Of a DNA stretch of 64,000 nt, positions 61,840 through 64,000 are shown in pieces. Below the pieces are notes generated by a model that was not told the DNA's origin, made no database searches, and saw nothing but the letters and a program-made list of their open reading frames with translations. The DNA lies in the NCBI GenBank assembly GCA_964016885.1, contig OZ024747.1:63550001-63614000 (forward strand). The letters are read 5' to 3'. The position numbers were made by a program, and so were the translations under genes. Position 1 is the stretch's first letter; each line of letters starts with the position of its first letter. The stretch is from Eledone cirrhosa (lineage: Eukaryota).

Positions 61840-62222
61840 TTATTCCTGAGAGAGTCGTGGGGGCAGAGTCCTCAAACACTCCTTCCAGCAGGTCTTATCA
61901 GAAGCAACCATCTCCAACTGATCCAGCTGGATCCCCAAGCAGGACTAGCCAAGCTCATGGATGTTTGGGGTCTACCCCTGGGTCTCATGCCATTTGGTTT
62001 TGCCAGTAAAATGTGTCCAGCGATTCTTTCCTGTGACATTCTAACCACATGCTGCCCCATAATATAGGAGCTATGATCTCTCAATTTGGAGAAGTAGCTA
62101 CTCTACAAAGAGTGACTCTCTGGGCTACAAACTCTATCAAGTAACGTTTGGAGGAACCCCATTTCGGCTACTTGTATTTGTGATCATATTCTTTTAGTCA
62201 TTACCTAAGATTCATGACCATC
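61840..62222 (-). mobile_element. Degenerate 3' fragment of another RTE-like LINE
   Basis: HVVRMSQERIAGHILLAKPNGMRPRGRPQT is a typical RTE/CR1 C-terminal motif. Confidence 0.75.
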
Positions 62223-62496
62223 TTGGAATGATACTATATGACATAGAAAATAATTGCAACAGAATTCAAATGCACTAAAGAATTTAATGAAATGCATTAT
62301 TTCGTACATTAGTTTATAATTAGAAACATTTGCAGCAGGAATTTAAAGGAATTGTTTCCACACAGAATGTTTCTTAGTTAAATGAATTGGAACTTCATAT
62401 CAATTGTATTTTCTATATCCCTGAATTGATTAAAACATACTATGAGGAATTCCAAACTGTTATTGAATATCATTGCTTAACATTATTTGGTTAACA

Positions 62497-62690
62497 GGGC
62501 GATGGATTGGCAGTATCGGTAGAGGGTCGGATGCCATGCTTTGATGCATAGAGTTACGGCCCTTGGCATTCTGAGTTCAAATCTCACCGAAGTTAACTTT
62601 GCCTTTCATCCTTACGGGGTCGATAAAATAAAGTACCAGTAATACACTGGGTAATTGCTGGCTTTGTGCCAAATGTAGAAACAATTACTC
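62497..62690 (+). mobile_element. SINE family A copy
   Basis: Complete consensus match. Further copies lie at about 2750-2955(-), 12330-12545, 33115-33230 and 54445-54630. Confidence 0.85.
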
Positions 62691-62906
62691 CAAAGACCCT
62701 TCGGAAGAACCCCACTTCAACCACTTGTATTGACATGCAATTTGTCAGGCCTGTTTTTTTCTTTAGTAAAAACATTAGCATGGCTTATATGTGGGCCTAC
62801 AAGTTGATACATAAATACATGGTTTAAACAGCCAAAGAGAGAACAGTCAAAATGTGACAACCCTTATACCTATTAAAAATAACTTGGCCTTCTATTTTAA
62901 GAGTAC

Positions 62907-62938
<32 letters not shown>

Positions 62939-64000
62939 ACCACCACCACCACCACTACTTCTACACACTTAGTATCCAAAAGCAGTTTTGTTGTCCCATG
63001 CAGAATTTCCCTTAGAAGCCCTGTCCCCAAGTGTAAATGATAATTTTTTTTTATGGGAACTCCATGTTTCAATGAATTGCAAGTCAGAAAACAACCTTAA
63101 ATTATTTCATGTAAGGGGCATGAGTCCCCTATCAATCATGACTGACCGTGTGTTTGTATCTGGAAATTTGTTCTCCAAAACTGCCCTGGCAAAGTGTTTT
63201 GTGGAAGACTAACATCTATGCATGCATGTTAGTCACACCTCTCTATAATGCTTAGGGAAAAGCCAAGGCTGATACAGCTTGACATAATGTGCTGCCCAGT
63301 TTGGGAATTAAATTCACAACCATATGATCCTGAACCAAATACTCTAACCACTAATCAATATTAGTATGATCCCCCTAAACAGCTGCCTTTGTCTTTCACT
63401 AAACTTCTTAAAAATATACATTTTTTTCTACACTACGTTAATTCTATAGATAAATTAACTATTTTGGTTACTATGATTTTGAATAGATGACTAAAATCGA
63501 TATAGTGTTTGAGAACTCTGACAAAAATACAATGTGGTGTACAAGAATAGCCTCATATAGATTTCGATAGAAACTAAAATATATAATCCCCTGAACTGTA
63601 CAAAGAAAAAACAAAAGAATTTCATCAATATGTTACAGAAGACTTCCATTGTTGAGTATCTTTATTCTATTTGACAATCTTCTGGCAGCAAAATTAGTTT
63701 AATCCGGAATAAACCAATCTCCTAGTCCTGATTTTGGAACACCAAGAATTATTTCCCTTTCATTGAATAGAACTTTACAAAAGTTCTTTGTTAGAGAAGC
63801 CTTTAAGTGACTGGTTGAGAATTGATTATTTTGAAGTATTTTTCGTTTATCCCTTTCTTTACCAAATCTCTAATCAAACATATTATATATCAATTCAGAA
63901 AAAATTTGGAGGAATTTAGAAAAATTATTAAATATTTCATTATTAACCTTTAGGCATTTAAACTGGCTATATCTGGCCTGAATTCTCTCATCTCTTTCTG

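Overview
AT-rich, microsatellite-saturated animal DNA. The repeat inventory (RTE LINEs with (GAT)n tails, tRNA-derived SINEs, TA/CA/GA arrays) strongly suggests an octopus-like cephalopod (inference). Almost all of the window looks intronic. The only convincing host exon is an 81-nt + strand exon at 10990-11070 encoding an L27-domain helix (VYNTLRKHKHKLHVDELREIMAKPHFQ), probably from a MAGUK-p55/MPP-type gene. Mobile DNA includes one near full-length RTE LINE with three disabling lesions (about 35790-39590), several truncated RTE copies, a Tx1/L1 RT relic, two abundant SINE families, hAT-like and TTAA-type MITEs and several minisatellites. The most notable signal is a set of small elements, mostly inserted in (TA)n, from at least six sequence-unrelated families. 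Each family carries a hammerhead ribozyme (CUGANGA...GAAA...UH, mostly with a palindromic or quasi-palindromic stem III), and most are fold-back palindromes with one short arm and one longer arm. One copy still encloses a Penelope-like GIY-YIG endonuclease fragment, tying the set to Penelope-like retroelement pseudo-LTRs. Most ORFs in the supplied track are microsatellite artefacts. Coordinates were read by eye, and repeat boundaries may be off by a few to tens of bases.
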